Shown here piece after piece: positions 36,708-45,361 of a DNA stretch of 45,415 nucleotides. Source of the DNA: a virus. Its lineage: Duplodnaviria > Caudoviricetes. The translations under genes were made by a program, and so were the position numbers. The stretch is from IMG/VR virus record IMGVR_UViG_3300004241_000005, positions 1 to 45,415 of that record; one strand, written 5' to 3'. The notes beneath the pieces are model-generated. The model was not told where the DNA came from, did not search any database, and saw only the letters and a list, made by a program, of their open reading frames with translations. How positions within the stretch are numbered: position 1 is the first letter of the stretch; each line of letters opens with the position of its first letter.

Positions 36708-37491
36708 AAGCGCCATAAGAAATCTCGCAACAACCCCGGCGGACCTTCACGACTTCCCGGCCCTGCGTGCCCGCCTGGGATCGGAGCGCCACCGCCAGGC
36801 TGCGGCGGAGCGTGGATGGGATATTGAGCTACGTCATGGCCGCTGTGCGTCGTGTCACGAGGTCGCGGACCTGACCTACCTCGACCTCTGCCCGAGCTGC
36901 TTCAAGTTGGCCGATGCCGGCGAGATCGCGCAGGAAGCCAACGGTCAGTGGATGGTCCGCATGTTCAGGGCCATGTGTTTCCAGGTGCTGGAATTGCCGC
37001 TCCCGGCCGAGCTGCACCCCGAGACGGCCGCGTTCGTCCGCCGCTTCGCCGTGGCCCTGGCCGTCAAGCTGCGGCGCGCCGAGATCAAGTACGGCCTCGC
37101 CGCGGGCTGGGCCGACCCCGGCCGCGGCGACGAACTGCGCGCGAAGCTCGATGAGCACATGCGAAAGGGCGACCCCCTTGACGTGGCCATCTTCGCGGGC
37201 TTCCTCTGGCATCACCGCGAGCGGACACAGAAGGCCGGGGAAACGCCACTCCCGGAGTGGCACGCCTTCATCCGTGGCTTCGCGGTCTGCGCGTCCCTGG
37301 TCTGCTCACTCGGTGGAAGCCTGAATCCGCATGAGGTCTTCACCGAGAACGGCATCACCTGGGAGGACCTCAGAAAGGCAGGCTGCGACAACTTCGACAT
37401 GAAGCGCATCGCCCGCGAACTCGGCCGGGAAGGCTTGCTCACCATCGGACGCATCCCGCTTTCGGAGCGCCGCAAGGCCGGGGAGGCTTAA
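36700..37491 (+). CDS. Mosaic early phage protein (Zn finger plus KGDPxDVA helical module)
   Basis: CASC..CPSC; AVKLRRAEIKYG..GW..EHMRKGDPLDVAIFAGFLWHH. Confidence 0.55.
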   Translation: MRESAIRNLATTPADLHDFPALRARLGSERHRQAAAERGWDIELRHGRCASCHEVADLTYLDLCPSCFKLADAGEIAQEANGQWMVRMFRAMCFQVLELPLPAELHPETAAFVRRFAVALAVKLRRAEIKYGLAAGWADPGRGDELRAKLDEHMRKGDPLDVAIFAGFLWHHRERTQKAGETPLPEWHAFIRGFAVCASLVCSLGGSLNPHEVFTENGITWEDLRKAGCDNFDMKRIARELGREGLLTIGRIPLSERRKAGEA

Positions 37492-37796
37492 TGAGCGCCC
37501 CCGCCCGCCTCGCCAACCGCGTGGCCGTCTGCTTCTCGTGCGAGGCCATGTACGTCCTGGCCCCGGGCCAGCTCCTCACCGAGCCGCTGCCCTGCGGCCA
37601 CCATCCCACCCTCTACCTGACCGAAGCCAACCTGCTGGCCGCCCTGCGCGACGCGGAGTTCGTCGAGTGGGCGCACCGGCACGAGACCCTTGATGCCCCG
37701 CTCGACGCCCTGCACGCCGCCGGCGGCTCCTGGTCCCCGTGGGTCCAGGGTCCGGCCCGGTTCCGTCTGCCCGGAGGTGCCCAATGCGCGACATGA
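37491..37796 (+). CDS. Hypothetical Zn-binding protein
   Basis: CFSC..PCGH; coupled start/stop. Confidence 0.5.
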   Translation: MSAPARLANRVAVCFSCEAMYVLAPGQLLTEPLPCGHHPTLYLTEANLLAALRDAEFVEWAHRHETLDAPLDALHAAGGSWSPWVQGPARFRLPGGAQCAT

Positions 37797-38650
37797 CCAT
37801 CGCCCTTGTCTTCCGCGTGTCCGACCTGCCCGAGGGCATGAGCGCCGCGGACATCGCCGACTACCTCGCCCACGTCATCGAGGACCGTGACGGCACGCCC
37901 GACGCGGAGGCCTGCGCCGCCATGCATGGCGTCACAGGTCAGGTCCTGGGCCACTTCGTGGTGTCCGAGGTTCCGGCCGGCCAGGAGCCGCACGCCGGCC
38001 GCCTCGCCGTCAAGGGGCCCAGCTCGGACATGAAGGAGATCCTCGGCCGCTTCATCGAGGCCGGCAACATGGTGGGCGGGGCGGTTCCGGTGCGCCCGGC
38101 CATGCTCAAGCGCACCACGCTTCCGGTGCGCCTGCTGCTGTCCCTGCACGCGGCGGGCGTGTCCCTGCCCTGGCTGCTGTCCGGCATCGGCGAGCCCCTG
38201 CGCGAGGCCCGGCTCGTGAGCGTCGAAGGCCGCCTGCACGTGGCCATGCTCCAGCTGGAGGACATGGAGTCCGCCTTGGCGAAAGCCTGGCGCACGGCCT
38301 CCATGACCCTGGACGATCTGATCGAAGCCAAGGAAGGCGTCGGTCCCAGGCTTGCGGAGCTGACGAAGGAATTGGAGGGCCTGCGCAAGCAGTTGCGCGG
38401 CCTGGACGAAGAGCTGGCCGCGAGCCGCAGTGCCGCCGAGGCGGAGCAGGCCCGGGCTGCGAAGCTGGAGTCGGAGCTCAAGGCCATGCGGGAGCAGGTG
38501 GGCGACCTCGAGGAGAAGCTGGCCGCGGGGCGCGCCGACGCCCCGCCGGACAGCGCGAGGGTCGCCGAGTTGGAGGCGGCGCTTTCGAGCGCGCGGGCGC
38601 AGGTGCGTGACGCTGAGGCCGAGCTGGCCGCGAGCCGGTTCACAATGTGA
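37784..38650 (+). CDS. Hypothetical protein with C-terminal coiled coil
   Basis: GGAGG RBS; heptad-rich C-terminus. Confidence 0.55.
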   Translation: MRDMTIALVFRVSDLPEGMSAADIADYLAHVIEDRDGTPDAEACAAMHGVTGQVLGHFVVSEVPAGQEPHAGRLAVKGPSSDMKEILGRFIEAGNMVGGAVPVRPAMLKRTTLPVRLLLSLHAAGVSLPWLLSGIGEPLREARLVSVEGRLHVAMLQLEDMESALAKAWRTASMTLDDLIEAKEGVGPRLAELTKELEGLRKQLRGLDEELAASRSAAEAEQARAAKLESELKAMREQVGDLEEKLAAGRADAPPDSARVAELEAALSSARAQVRDAEAELAASRFTM

Positions 38651-38664
38651 GCGAGGAGGGACAC

Positions 38665-39795
38665 ATGCGTTTCACCATCGAGAGGGCCGCGCTCGCGGCC
38701 AAGCTGGCCACAGCTTCCCGCATCTGCGGGCGTGGCCCCGCAGGCCTCACCAAGCTGCTGATCCTGCGCGCGGTCGGCGAGCTGGTGCAGGTCCTGGCCA
38801 CCGACGGCAGCGTGGAGTATTGCGGCGCCGTCGCGTCGGCCACGGTGCAGGAGCCGGGTGAGATCGCCGTGAACGGCAAGTTCCTGGCCAGCCTGGTCAA
38901 GCGCCTGCCGGACTGGGGCTTGAGCCTGGAGACGGACGGCGCGGGCAGCCTCGTGCTCAAGGCCGAGCAGCTCAAGTACACCATCGCGGCCGAGGCGGCC
39001 TGGGACCCCGCGAGCCTGAGCCTTGACCCTCCGGCCGGAGGCCTCGCCGTGGACGGCGAGCTGCTCGCCCAGGCCTTCCAGCGGGTGCTCTTCTGCGTCA
39101 GCCGCGACCCCGGCATGGAGGGCAACTCGTGCCTCAAGCTCGACCCGGACCCCGAGAGCGATGGGGTGGCTCTCGTGGGGCTCGACAACTACGGCTTGGC
39201 CAGAACCATCCTGCATGACCAGGGCCTGCGCAACGTCCTGCAGGAGCGCGGCCCTCTCCTGCACTGGCCCTACGTCGAGGAGCTGCTGCGCTGGCTGCCG
39301 CACACCGGCGTCCAGGTCGCCCTCGGCGAGAAGCGCCTGCACCTGCGCACCTCCGAGGAGAGCTTCTCCCTTCCCCTGAGCGACTGGACCTACCCACTGT
39401 ACCGCAAGATCCTGGCCAAGGCGGCGGCCGCGCCCACGAGCCTGGAGGCCGGCCGCGAGACCCTGCTCGCCGCCCTGGATAGGCTGTCTCTGTTCACCAC
39501 CGACAATCTGCCCAGCGTGGTCTTCGACGCCACGGCCGCGCCGGTCACGCTCTCGGCCCAGGGCGACCACGGCCGCGCCGAGGAGCCCCTCGTGGCCGAA
39601 GTCCAGGGCGAGCCCCTGCGCTTGGCGTTCAGGGCCAAGCAGCTTTCGGACGCGCTGCGCGCCCTGTCGAGCGAGCGCGTGCGGCTGGACATCAGCGGAG
39701 CGGAGACGCCCTGCCTGGTCAGCGGTCTGGACGAGGCCGACGCCGACTACAACATGATCGTCATGCCCATGCGGACAAACGAAACCAAGGAGTAG
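38665..39795 (+). CDS. dnaN: DNA polymerase III beta sliding clamp homolog
   Basis: MRFTIERAAL, VLATDG, GEIAVNGKFL..LVKRLP, YPLYRKIL, LLAALDRLSLF, MIVMPMR; 376 aa. Confidence 0.85.
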   Translation: MRFTIERAALAAKLATASRICGRGPAGLTKLLILRAVGELVQVLATDGSVEYCGAVASATVQEPGEIAVNGKFLASLVKRLPDWGLSLETDGAGSLVLKAEQLKYTIAAEAAWDPASLSLDPPAGGLAVDGELLAQAFQRVLFCVSRDPGMEGNSCLKLDPDPESDGVALVGLDNYGLARTILHDQGLRNVLQERGPLLHWPYVEELLRWLPHTGVQVALGEKRLHLRTSEESFSLPLSDWTYPLYRKILAKAAAAPTSLEAGRETLLAALDRLSLFTTDNLPSVVFDATAAPVTLSAQGDHGRAEEPLVAEVQGEPLRLAFRAKQLSDALRALSSERVRLDISGAETPCLVSGLDEADADYNMIVMPMRTNETKE

Positions 39796-39798
39796 CCC

Positions 39799-40269
39799 AT
39801 GTTCAAGGAGCTCTTCGAGTTGATCCCCGACAAGGGCGGCATCCGCTTCGCCCTCACCCGCACCGGCCCGGACACGATGGCCGTGGTCCTGGTGCCGGAG
39901 TTCCCCGCGTCCAAAGGCGAGGCCCCCAAGCTCACGCCCCTGTCCGTGAGCGGCCCGGTGGACGAGCTGGAGGCCGGCTTCGTGGAGGCCGTGCTGGCAT
40001 ACGCGCCCGAGGTGGCCAGGCTGGCCAACAACCTGGCCCAGGCCAAGGCGTCCATGGAAGAAGGCAAGAAGGCCGGCAAGGCCAAGGCCGAGCCCAAGCC
40101 CGCGCCCCCGCCGCAGGCCTCCATGTTCGCCGCGCCCGAGGATAGCGACGGCGAGCCCACCCCCACGGGCGCGCGCAAGCGGGCGGCGATGGACGGCGAC
40201 CCGGAGGCCGAGGCCTCGGCCGAGCAGGAACCCAAGCAGGAGGGCGAAGATCATGGCGCTGAAGGTTGA
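39799..40269 (+). CDS. PRTRC system protein E
   Basis: MFKEL...VLVP...LTPLSVSGPVDELEAGF, low-complexity tail. Confidence 0.8.
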   Translation: MFKELFELIPDKGGIRFALTRTGPDTMAVVLVPEFPASKGEAPKLTPLSVSGPVDELEAGFVEAVLAYAPEVARLANNLAQAKASMEEGKKAGKAKAEPKPAPPPQASMFAAPEDSDGEPTPTGARKRAAMDGDPEAEASAEQEPKQEGEDHGAEG

Positions 40270-40477
40270 AGCGCTTCCGCGCGAGTTCGTGGCTAGGCAG
40301 GGCAAGGGCAATGAGCGCGTCCTCTCCGATCCTGGCCAGGGCATGGCCCCGGAAGAGGTCCGGGCCCACTACGCCCATGTCTACCCCGAGCTGGCCAGCG
40401 CCGGCATCGAGGGCCCGGAGGTGAAGGACGGCAAGCAGGTCTACGTGTTCAGCGGCAGCGTCGGGGTCAAGGGATGA
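40253..40477 (+). CDS. PRTRC system protein C (ubiquitin-like)
   Basis: LPREF...LSDP...PEEVRAHYAHVYPELASA.IEGP...YVF..SVGVKG ending in Gly. Confidence 0.85.
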   Translation: MALKVEALPREFVARQGKGNERVLSDPGQGMAPEEVRAHYAHVYPELASAGIEGPEVKDGKQVYVFSGSVGVKG

Positions 40478-40679
40478 CCACGGCCAAGTACGTGCGCAGA
40501 CTGCGCCGGGCAGGCCAGCCGCTCGCCGCCGGGGACGCCGGCGGAAGCCTGGCCGCGCCCGGCGAGTCCACGCGCCCCATGCGTGCGCACGCGGCCTTCG
40601 CCCACCTGCTCGATGAGGCCGGAGGAGCTGCCGCGCACACGCGCGGCGTGATGTTGGACCGCACCCTGGAGACGCCGCG

Positions 40680-41810
40680 ATGCCTGCTCACCCCGCTCGT
40701 CTGATCACGCCGGCCCTGCCGGACATCTCCGGCCTTCCCACGGCGCTCCCCTGGTACGAGGTGGACAGCCGTCAGGGCGTGCGGTCGTTCCCGGGCGACC
40801 CGGGCCAAACCCTCCTGGATCTCTGGCCCGTGTTCCGGCGCGCCGGCGCTGATCAGGGCGCATGGTCCGGTGATGAGCCGCCCATCGCCGTGCTCACGGA
40901 CTGCTGGCGCGCCTTCAAGATGGGGTTCCGGTCAGGACCATTTTGCGTTGACGGTCAAAATGGTGTCCCCGAGCTGCACCTGGACGAAGACGAGCGCGGC
41001 TGGTTCATCCAGGCCGATTTCAGCCTTGAGAACGGCCTTCCCCAAGAGCTGACGCTCTACTGGGCCGACCTCCGCCATCTGCCGCGCCTGCGCGAATACA
41101 GTCGGAACCTGTGGGACTTCGCCTCGGACGGCCTGGCCCTGCTCTTGCCCCTCGGCATCGACACCTTCGAGCGCAGCCTCGAAAGGTTCGACATGTGCGT
41201 GGAAGACGGAGTGTACGACGGGCAGGGGGCAAGGATAGCGGTCTGCGCCGGCGGCGGGTGCGAGGCTGTGGATGCCGAAGGGGATGAGGAATACCGCGTA
41301 TCCGTGCGCGAGGAGTTCCGGCAGCTTGAGGAGGACGCCCTGCGCGTCATCGGAAACCTTCGCGCGCGGCTATCCCGCAAGGGCCTGGCTGGGCGGTTCG
41401 AGCGGCGCATCCGGCGCGCGGCCGTTGGCCAGCAGTGGCTGGAGTGGGGGCGTCATGTCCTCACGGCCGTGCGCGACCTCGGCTCGCTCTGGAAGCTCCT
41501 GGACACCGAGCGCGAAGAAGATCTCCAGGATTTCGAGGGTGAATACGTCGCAGCCCTGTTCTGCCTCACGTGGGGCTCTCCCCTCTTCCTGGCGACCTGC
41601 GAGCAGGGGTTCAACGACTGCATGAGCGCCGGCGGCGTGATGATGCCCTGCGTGAGCGCCAAGCTCCGCGGCAGCAGCCCGGGCACGTTGGAGCGGCTTC
41701 GCGCGAAGGCGCGCCGGCGCGAGGCCGGCCTTAGCGCCCTGTGCGAGGCCTTGTGGAGTTTCGACCAGCTGGCCGAGCAGGCCTGTGGGGTGATCGATGA
41801 TCCCCGATGA
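40680..41810 (+). CDS. Hypothetical protein in the PRTRC F position
   Basis: Lies between C and B; acidic helical protein; family not recognisable by motif. Confidence 0.45.
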   Translation: MPAHPARLITPALPDISGLPTALPWYEVDSRQGVRSFPGDPGQTLLDLWPVFRRAGADQGAWSGDEPPIAVLTDCWRAFKMGFRSGPFCVDGQNGVPELHLDEDERGWFIQADFSLENGLPQELTLYWADLRHLPRLREYSRNLWDFASDGLALLLPLGIDTFERSLERFDMCVEDGVYDGQGARIAVCAGGGCEAVDAEGDEEYRVSVREEFRQLEEDALRVIGNLRARLSRKGLAGRFERRIRRAAVGQQWLEWGRHVLTAVRDLGSLWKLLDTEREEDLQDFEGEYVAALFCLTWGSPLFLATCEQGFNDCMSAGGVMMPCVSAKLRGSSPGTLERLRAKARRREAGLSALCEALWSFDQLAEQACGVIDDPR

Positions 41811-42525
41811 GGACTTCCCCCTGCGCGAGATCCTGGCCGTCTACGTCCAGGACGAGCCCTCGCCGCATCCGTTCCAGCGCGGCCCCAGCCGCATCTACGT
41901 CGAGGCCCACGGGGTCTCGGTCACGCGAGGCAAGCCCGTGCTCCTGGCCGGCAAGCCGTTGTCCGTGCGCGCCGCGCGCCGGCTGGCCAAGGCGCTGGAC
42001 GAGCAGACCCGCACGGCCGGGCACGGCATGCTGCCCGAGCGCATCCTGGCCGCCTCGCCCGGCGGCGATCTCGCCTGGTGGGCTCCGGCCTGCAGGCGGC
42101 ATCTTCGCCTCGCGGGGGACATCGGCCTGACCTCGGGCGAGGCACCCATGCCCGCCCTGCTCTTCGCCCTCAAGGGGGCGCGGCTGTTCGTGTTCGCGCT
42201 CAAGACCGGGGGCAAGCGACCCCAGGACAAGGCCAAGCTCTTCCGCCTGCCGCTGTGGAACTGCCATGTGGATGGGGGCATGTGCATGGGCTCGGCGCGC
42301 TTCGGCCGGGACGGCACGGCCGCGGAGCGCATGGCCGAGGCCGAGGGCGCGTTCTGGAGCTCGGACTTCTGCGCGCACCTGGGCGGCGGGGATCGCGTCC
42401 GCGGCGGCACCTTGAGCGCCCTTTGGGTGACGCTCATCGGCGTGAAGGGCTCCAGGTTCCCCCTGGGCCGCCTGCTGCCCCAGGGCGGCACCGTGGGCGA
42501 CTACCTCAGACGGGAGGGGTTCTGA
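41797..42525 (+). CDS. PRTRC system protein B (prokaryotic E2-like)
   Basis: LLAGKPLS, LAWWAPA, PMPALLF, LFVFALK..RP, LPLWNCHVDGGMCMGS, FWSSDF. Confidence 0.85.
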   Translation: MIPDEDFPLREILAVYVQDEPSPHPFQRGPSRIYVEAHGVSVTRGKPVLLAGKPLSVRAARRLAKALDEQTRTAGHGMLPERILAASPGGDLAWWAPACRRHLRLAGDIGLTSGEAPMPALLFALKGARLFVFALKTGGKRPQDKAKLFRLPLWNCHVDGGMCMGSARFGRDGTAAERMAEAEGAFWSSDFCAHLGGGDRVRGGTLSALWVTLIGVKGSRFPLGRLLPQGGTVGDYLRREGF

Positions 42526-43367
42526 TGCGTCATTTCGCGTCCAATGCGCTCTCGGCCGGCGCTCCCCACCGCATCGGCGTGCTGCTCGCCGGCGCGGGCG
42601 GAACCGGCAGCCAGGTGCTCAATGGCCTGGCCAGGATGGACCACGCGCTGCGCGCCCTGGACCGGCCCGGGCTCTTCGTCGTGGTGGCCGACGCCGACCG
42701 CGTGAGCCCGCCCAACGTGGGCCGGCAGGCGTTCTCGCCCGGCGACGTGGGCCAGAGCAAGGCGGCCGTGCTTGTGACCCGCGTCAACCGCTTCTTCGGC
42801 CTGGACTGGGAGGCCCTGGCCAAGCCCGTCGGCCCCACCCGGCCCGAGGCCATGAGCTGGCTCCGGCCGGGCCTGCTCGACGTGGTGATCGGCTGCGTGG
42901 ACTCCGGCCGGGCGCGCAAGGGCATCGGCCGCGCCCTCAAGGGCTGGCTCAAGGATGCGAGCTACTGGCTAGACTTCGGCAACAGCCGGAGCACCGGCCA
43001 GGTGATCCTGGGCACCAACGGCCCGGTGGAGACGCTGGCCAAGTCCGTGACCCTGGCCGAGTTCGAGGACGCCTGCGACGGGCGTGAGATCGCGGCGCAG
43101 GAGCTGCCCACCGTGGTGGACCTCTTCCCCGACCTCGAGGCCCAGGACGACGACGCCGAGCCCTCCTGCGGCATGGCCGAGGCCCTGGCCCGGCAGGATC
43201 TGTACATGAACGCGACCCTGGCCGACTTCGGCCTGTCCCTGCTCTGGCGGCTGGTCCACCAGGGCAGCATCGAGCACCACGGCCTGTTCCTGAACCTGGA
43301 GCAGAGCCTGGCCACGCCGCTGCGCATCGATCCCGAGGCGTGGCGGCGCATGGGGTGGGAGAAATGA
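42525..43367 (+). CDS. PRTRC system ThiF family protein (E1-like)
   Basis: GAGGTGSQ, DADRVSPPNVGRQ, KAAVLV, GCVDS, YWLDFGN..GQVILG, PSCGMAEAL..QDLYMN. Confidence 0.9.
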   Translation: MRHFASNALSAGAPHRIGVLLAGAGGTGSQVLNGLARMDHALRALDRPGLFVVVADADRVSPPNVGRQAFSPGDVGQSKAAVLVTRVNRFFGLDWEALAKPVGPTRPEAMSWLRPGLLDVVIGCVDSGRARKGIGRALKGWLKDASYWLDFGNSRSTGQVILGTNGPVETLAKSVTLAEFEDACDGREIAAQELPTVVDLFPDLEAQDDDAEPSCGMAEALARQDLYMNATLADFGLSLLWRLVHQGSIEHHGLFLNLEQSLATPLRIDPEAWRRMGWEK

Positions 43368-43702
43368 AGCCAGCCACCTTCGCGCCTCTCTACTGCGCCG
43401 TTTACCCGGAGCTTGCGGACATCGCCCGTGCACACGGCTACGCCCTGGCGATACATGGGAGCCTCGCTCGTGACTTCGACCTCATCTGCATCCCTTGGAC
43501 CGATGCCCCCAGCGCCCCAGAAGAAGTGATCGCCGCGATGGGCAAGCATTTCGTTTTGGCGCCGCAAGCGCGGACGCAGAAAGCGCATGGCCGAGTGGCC
43601 TATACGCTCTCGCTCTCGTGGGGGGAGTGCTTCGTCGACCTGTCGTTCATGCCGCGCGCCCCCGAGGCTTCGCAGGCGCAAGAGGAGAGAGCCCATGCCT
43701 GA
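43364..43702 (+). CDS. Small phage protein with nucleotidyltransferase-like motif
   Basis: GYALAIHGSLARDFDLICIPW...VDLSFMP. Confidence 0.5.
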   Translation: MKPATFAPLYCAVYPELADIARAHGYALAIHGSLARDFDLICIPWTDAPSAPEEVIAAMGKHFVLAPQARTQKAHGRVAYTLSLSWGECFVDLSFMPRAPEASQAQEERAHA

Positions 43703-43985
43703 GGCCCTGGCCATCATCATCCGCAACAACGTGCTGCGCGCCGGGCCGCACGGCTGCTCGCTTGAGTTCCTGGCCAGGCGCGTCAACGCCGGCAGGGACA
43801 CCATAGAGATCGCCCTGGCCAACATGATAAAAGAGGGAGCCATGACCGAGACGAGCGGCGTGTATCGGCTGGTGGACGAGCGGCGCGCCCGTCATGCGCT
43901 GCGCCGGCTCAAGCGGGCCTGGAAGGCCGGGCTGCTGCGCGCCGGGAGGTTCCGCTGGCCGGAGCGGGAGGTGCGCCGTGGGTGA
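43695..43985 (+). CDS. Hypothetical winged-helix-like protein
   Basis: CSLEFLARRVNAGRDTIEIALANMIKEG..GVYRL. Confidence 0.5.
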   Translation: MPEALAIIIRNNVLRAGPHGCSLEFLARRVNAGRDTIEIALANMIKEGAMTETSGVYRLVDERRARHALRRLKRAWKAGLLRAGRFRWPEREVRRG

Positions 43986-44373
43986 ACAGATGCCCGTCCT
44001 GGCTGACCTGGGCCGGAGGTTGGAGCCCCGTGAAGTGGCCCTCGCCCTCGGACTATCCGAACGCCACGTCCTGCGCTATTACGAGCGCTACGGCGGGGTC
44101 AAACTGGGTCGCCGTCCCGTGTTCTTTGAAAGCTTAATAGGCGCTACCATTAGGAAATGCCATGCCACACAAGCACATGAGAGACGGGAAATGGACTGGC
44201 CGCTGGTTCGGCCAGGTGAAGCACAAGGGTCGGAAGCACCGGAGCAGCCTTGTCCCGACCAAGGGCGAAGCCGTGCAGTGGGAGGTGGACAAGCGCAGGG
44301 AGCTGGAGAGCCCGCCCGCGCCGCCGCCATCCGCAGCATCGACCGCCACGGTCTCGTTGCTGGAATGGGGTAA
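43978..44373 (+). CDS. Excisionase-like HTH protein overlapping integrase
   Basis: LEPREVALALGLSERHVLRYYERYGGVKLGRRPVFFE. Confidence 0.6.
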   Translation: MGEQMPVLADLGRRLEPREVALALGLSERHVLRYYERYGGVKLGRRPVFFESLIGATIRKCHATQAHERREMDWPLVRPGEAQGSEAPEQPCPDQGRSRAVGGGQAQGAGEPARAAAIRSIDRHGLVAGMG

Positions 44374-45262
44374 CACATACCTGGACTTCGCGGTGCGCTA
44401 CGTGCCCAAGACCTACTCGGAGAAGAAGATGATCCTTGCGCGCCTCATGTCCCGCCCTGGCCTGGACGTGCTCACGCCGGCCGCGACCTTCACGGCTGGC
44501 CAGGCGCTCGACCACCTGCAGGAGCAGTTCAACGAGCGGGGGGGCAACGCCGCCAACAAGGAACGCAAAAACCTGGCGGCGGCCTGGGCCTGGGGAGCCA
44601 AGTTCAAGAAGCTGCCCAAGGACAACCCGTTCATGGAGGTGCCGCCCTTCCCGGAACGCAGGGTCGCCCGCCACGTGCCCAACGAGGAGGAGTTCTGGCG
44701 CGTGGTGGACGCGGCCCAGGGCCAGGCAAGGACCATGCTCCTGACCTTCTTGCACGCGGCCGCGCGCCGCGGGGAGCTCTTCCGGCTGGAGTGGAAGGAT
44801 GTGGACTTCGAGGACGGAAGCCTGCGGCTCTACACGCGAAAGCGCAAGGACGGCAGCATGCAGGAGGATTGGATACCCATGACCGGCGAGCTGGCCTGGG
44901 AGCTGGCCGAGCACCAGGACAGGCTAGGCAGGCCGGTCGAGGGTCTGGTGTTCAGCCACCAGGAAGGCCGGCACAAAGGCGAGGCGTTCAAGGAAGACCG
45001 CAAGTTCATGCATGAGCTGTGCGCGTTCGCCGAGGTGCGGTTCTTCGACCGCCACGCCATCCGGCACCTGACCGCAAGCATCCTGGCCAAGCGGGGCGTG
45101 CCGTCGGTGGTGATCCAAGGCGTGCTCCGGCACCAGCGGCTCTCGACCACCGAGAAGTACGTGAAGAGGTTGGACCATCTGCGGCCGCACTTGCGGCTTC
45201 TCGAAGGCGGCCGCAGGCAAAAGGCCCAACACAGGGCCCAACAAAAGGCGGTGACGGCCTGA
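44162..45262 (+). CDS. int: Tyrosine integrase
   Basis: ARRGEL (R), RKRK (K), HAIRH (HxxR), LRHQ (H), TTEKY (Y); N-terminal arm-binding-like domain. Confidence 0.93.
   Translation: MPHKHMRDGKWTGRWFGQVKHKGRKHRSSLVPTKGEAVQWEVDKRRELESPPAPPPSAASTATVSLLEWGNTYLDFAVRYVPKTYSEKKMILARLMSRPGLDVLTPAATFTAGQALDHLQEQFNERGGNAANKERKNLAAAWAWGAKFKKLPKDNPFMEVPPFPERRVARHVPNEEEFWRVVDAAQGQARTMLLTFLHAAARRGELFRLEWKDVDFEDGSLRLYTRKRKDGSMQEDWIPMTGELAWELAEHQDRLGRPVEGLVFSHQEGRHKGEAFKEDRKFMHELCAFAEVRFFDRHAIRHLTASILAKRGVPSVVIQGVLRHQRLSTTEKYVKRLDHLRPHLRLLEGGRRQKAQHRAQQKAVTA
45220..45242 (+). promoter_or_regulatory. Putative integrase arm-type sites
   Basis: aaaGGCCCAACacagGGCCCAAC mirrors 135-156. Confidence 0.65.
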
Positions 45263-45332
45263 GGTGGCACCCTCAAGCCGTCACGGATAGGGACAGGAAA
45301 CCATGCCTAAGAGGCTTTCATCACAAACGAAA

Positions 45333-45361
45333 CAGGGGACCGGACTAAGTCCGATCCCCTG
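45333..45361 (-). terminator. Phage-supplied terminator for the restored tRNA-Asp
   Basis: caggggaccggact-aa-gtccgatcccctg followed on the minus strand by a T-rich tract. Confidence 0.7.

Noticed and set aside
38411-38637. 17-bp direct repeat gagctggccgcgagccg at 38411 and 38621
   Set aside because: Encodes a repeated ELAASR unit in a coiled coil
42525-43367. ThiF/MoeB cofactor biosynthesis role
   Set aside because: No thiamine or molybdopterin genes nearby; lacks the paired CxxC zinc motif; E2-like neighbour points to the PRTRC type
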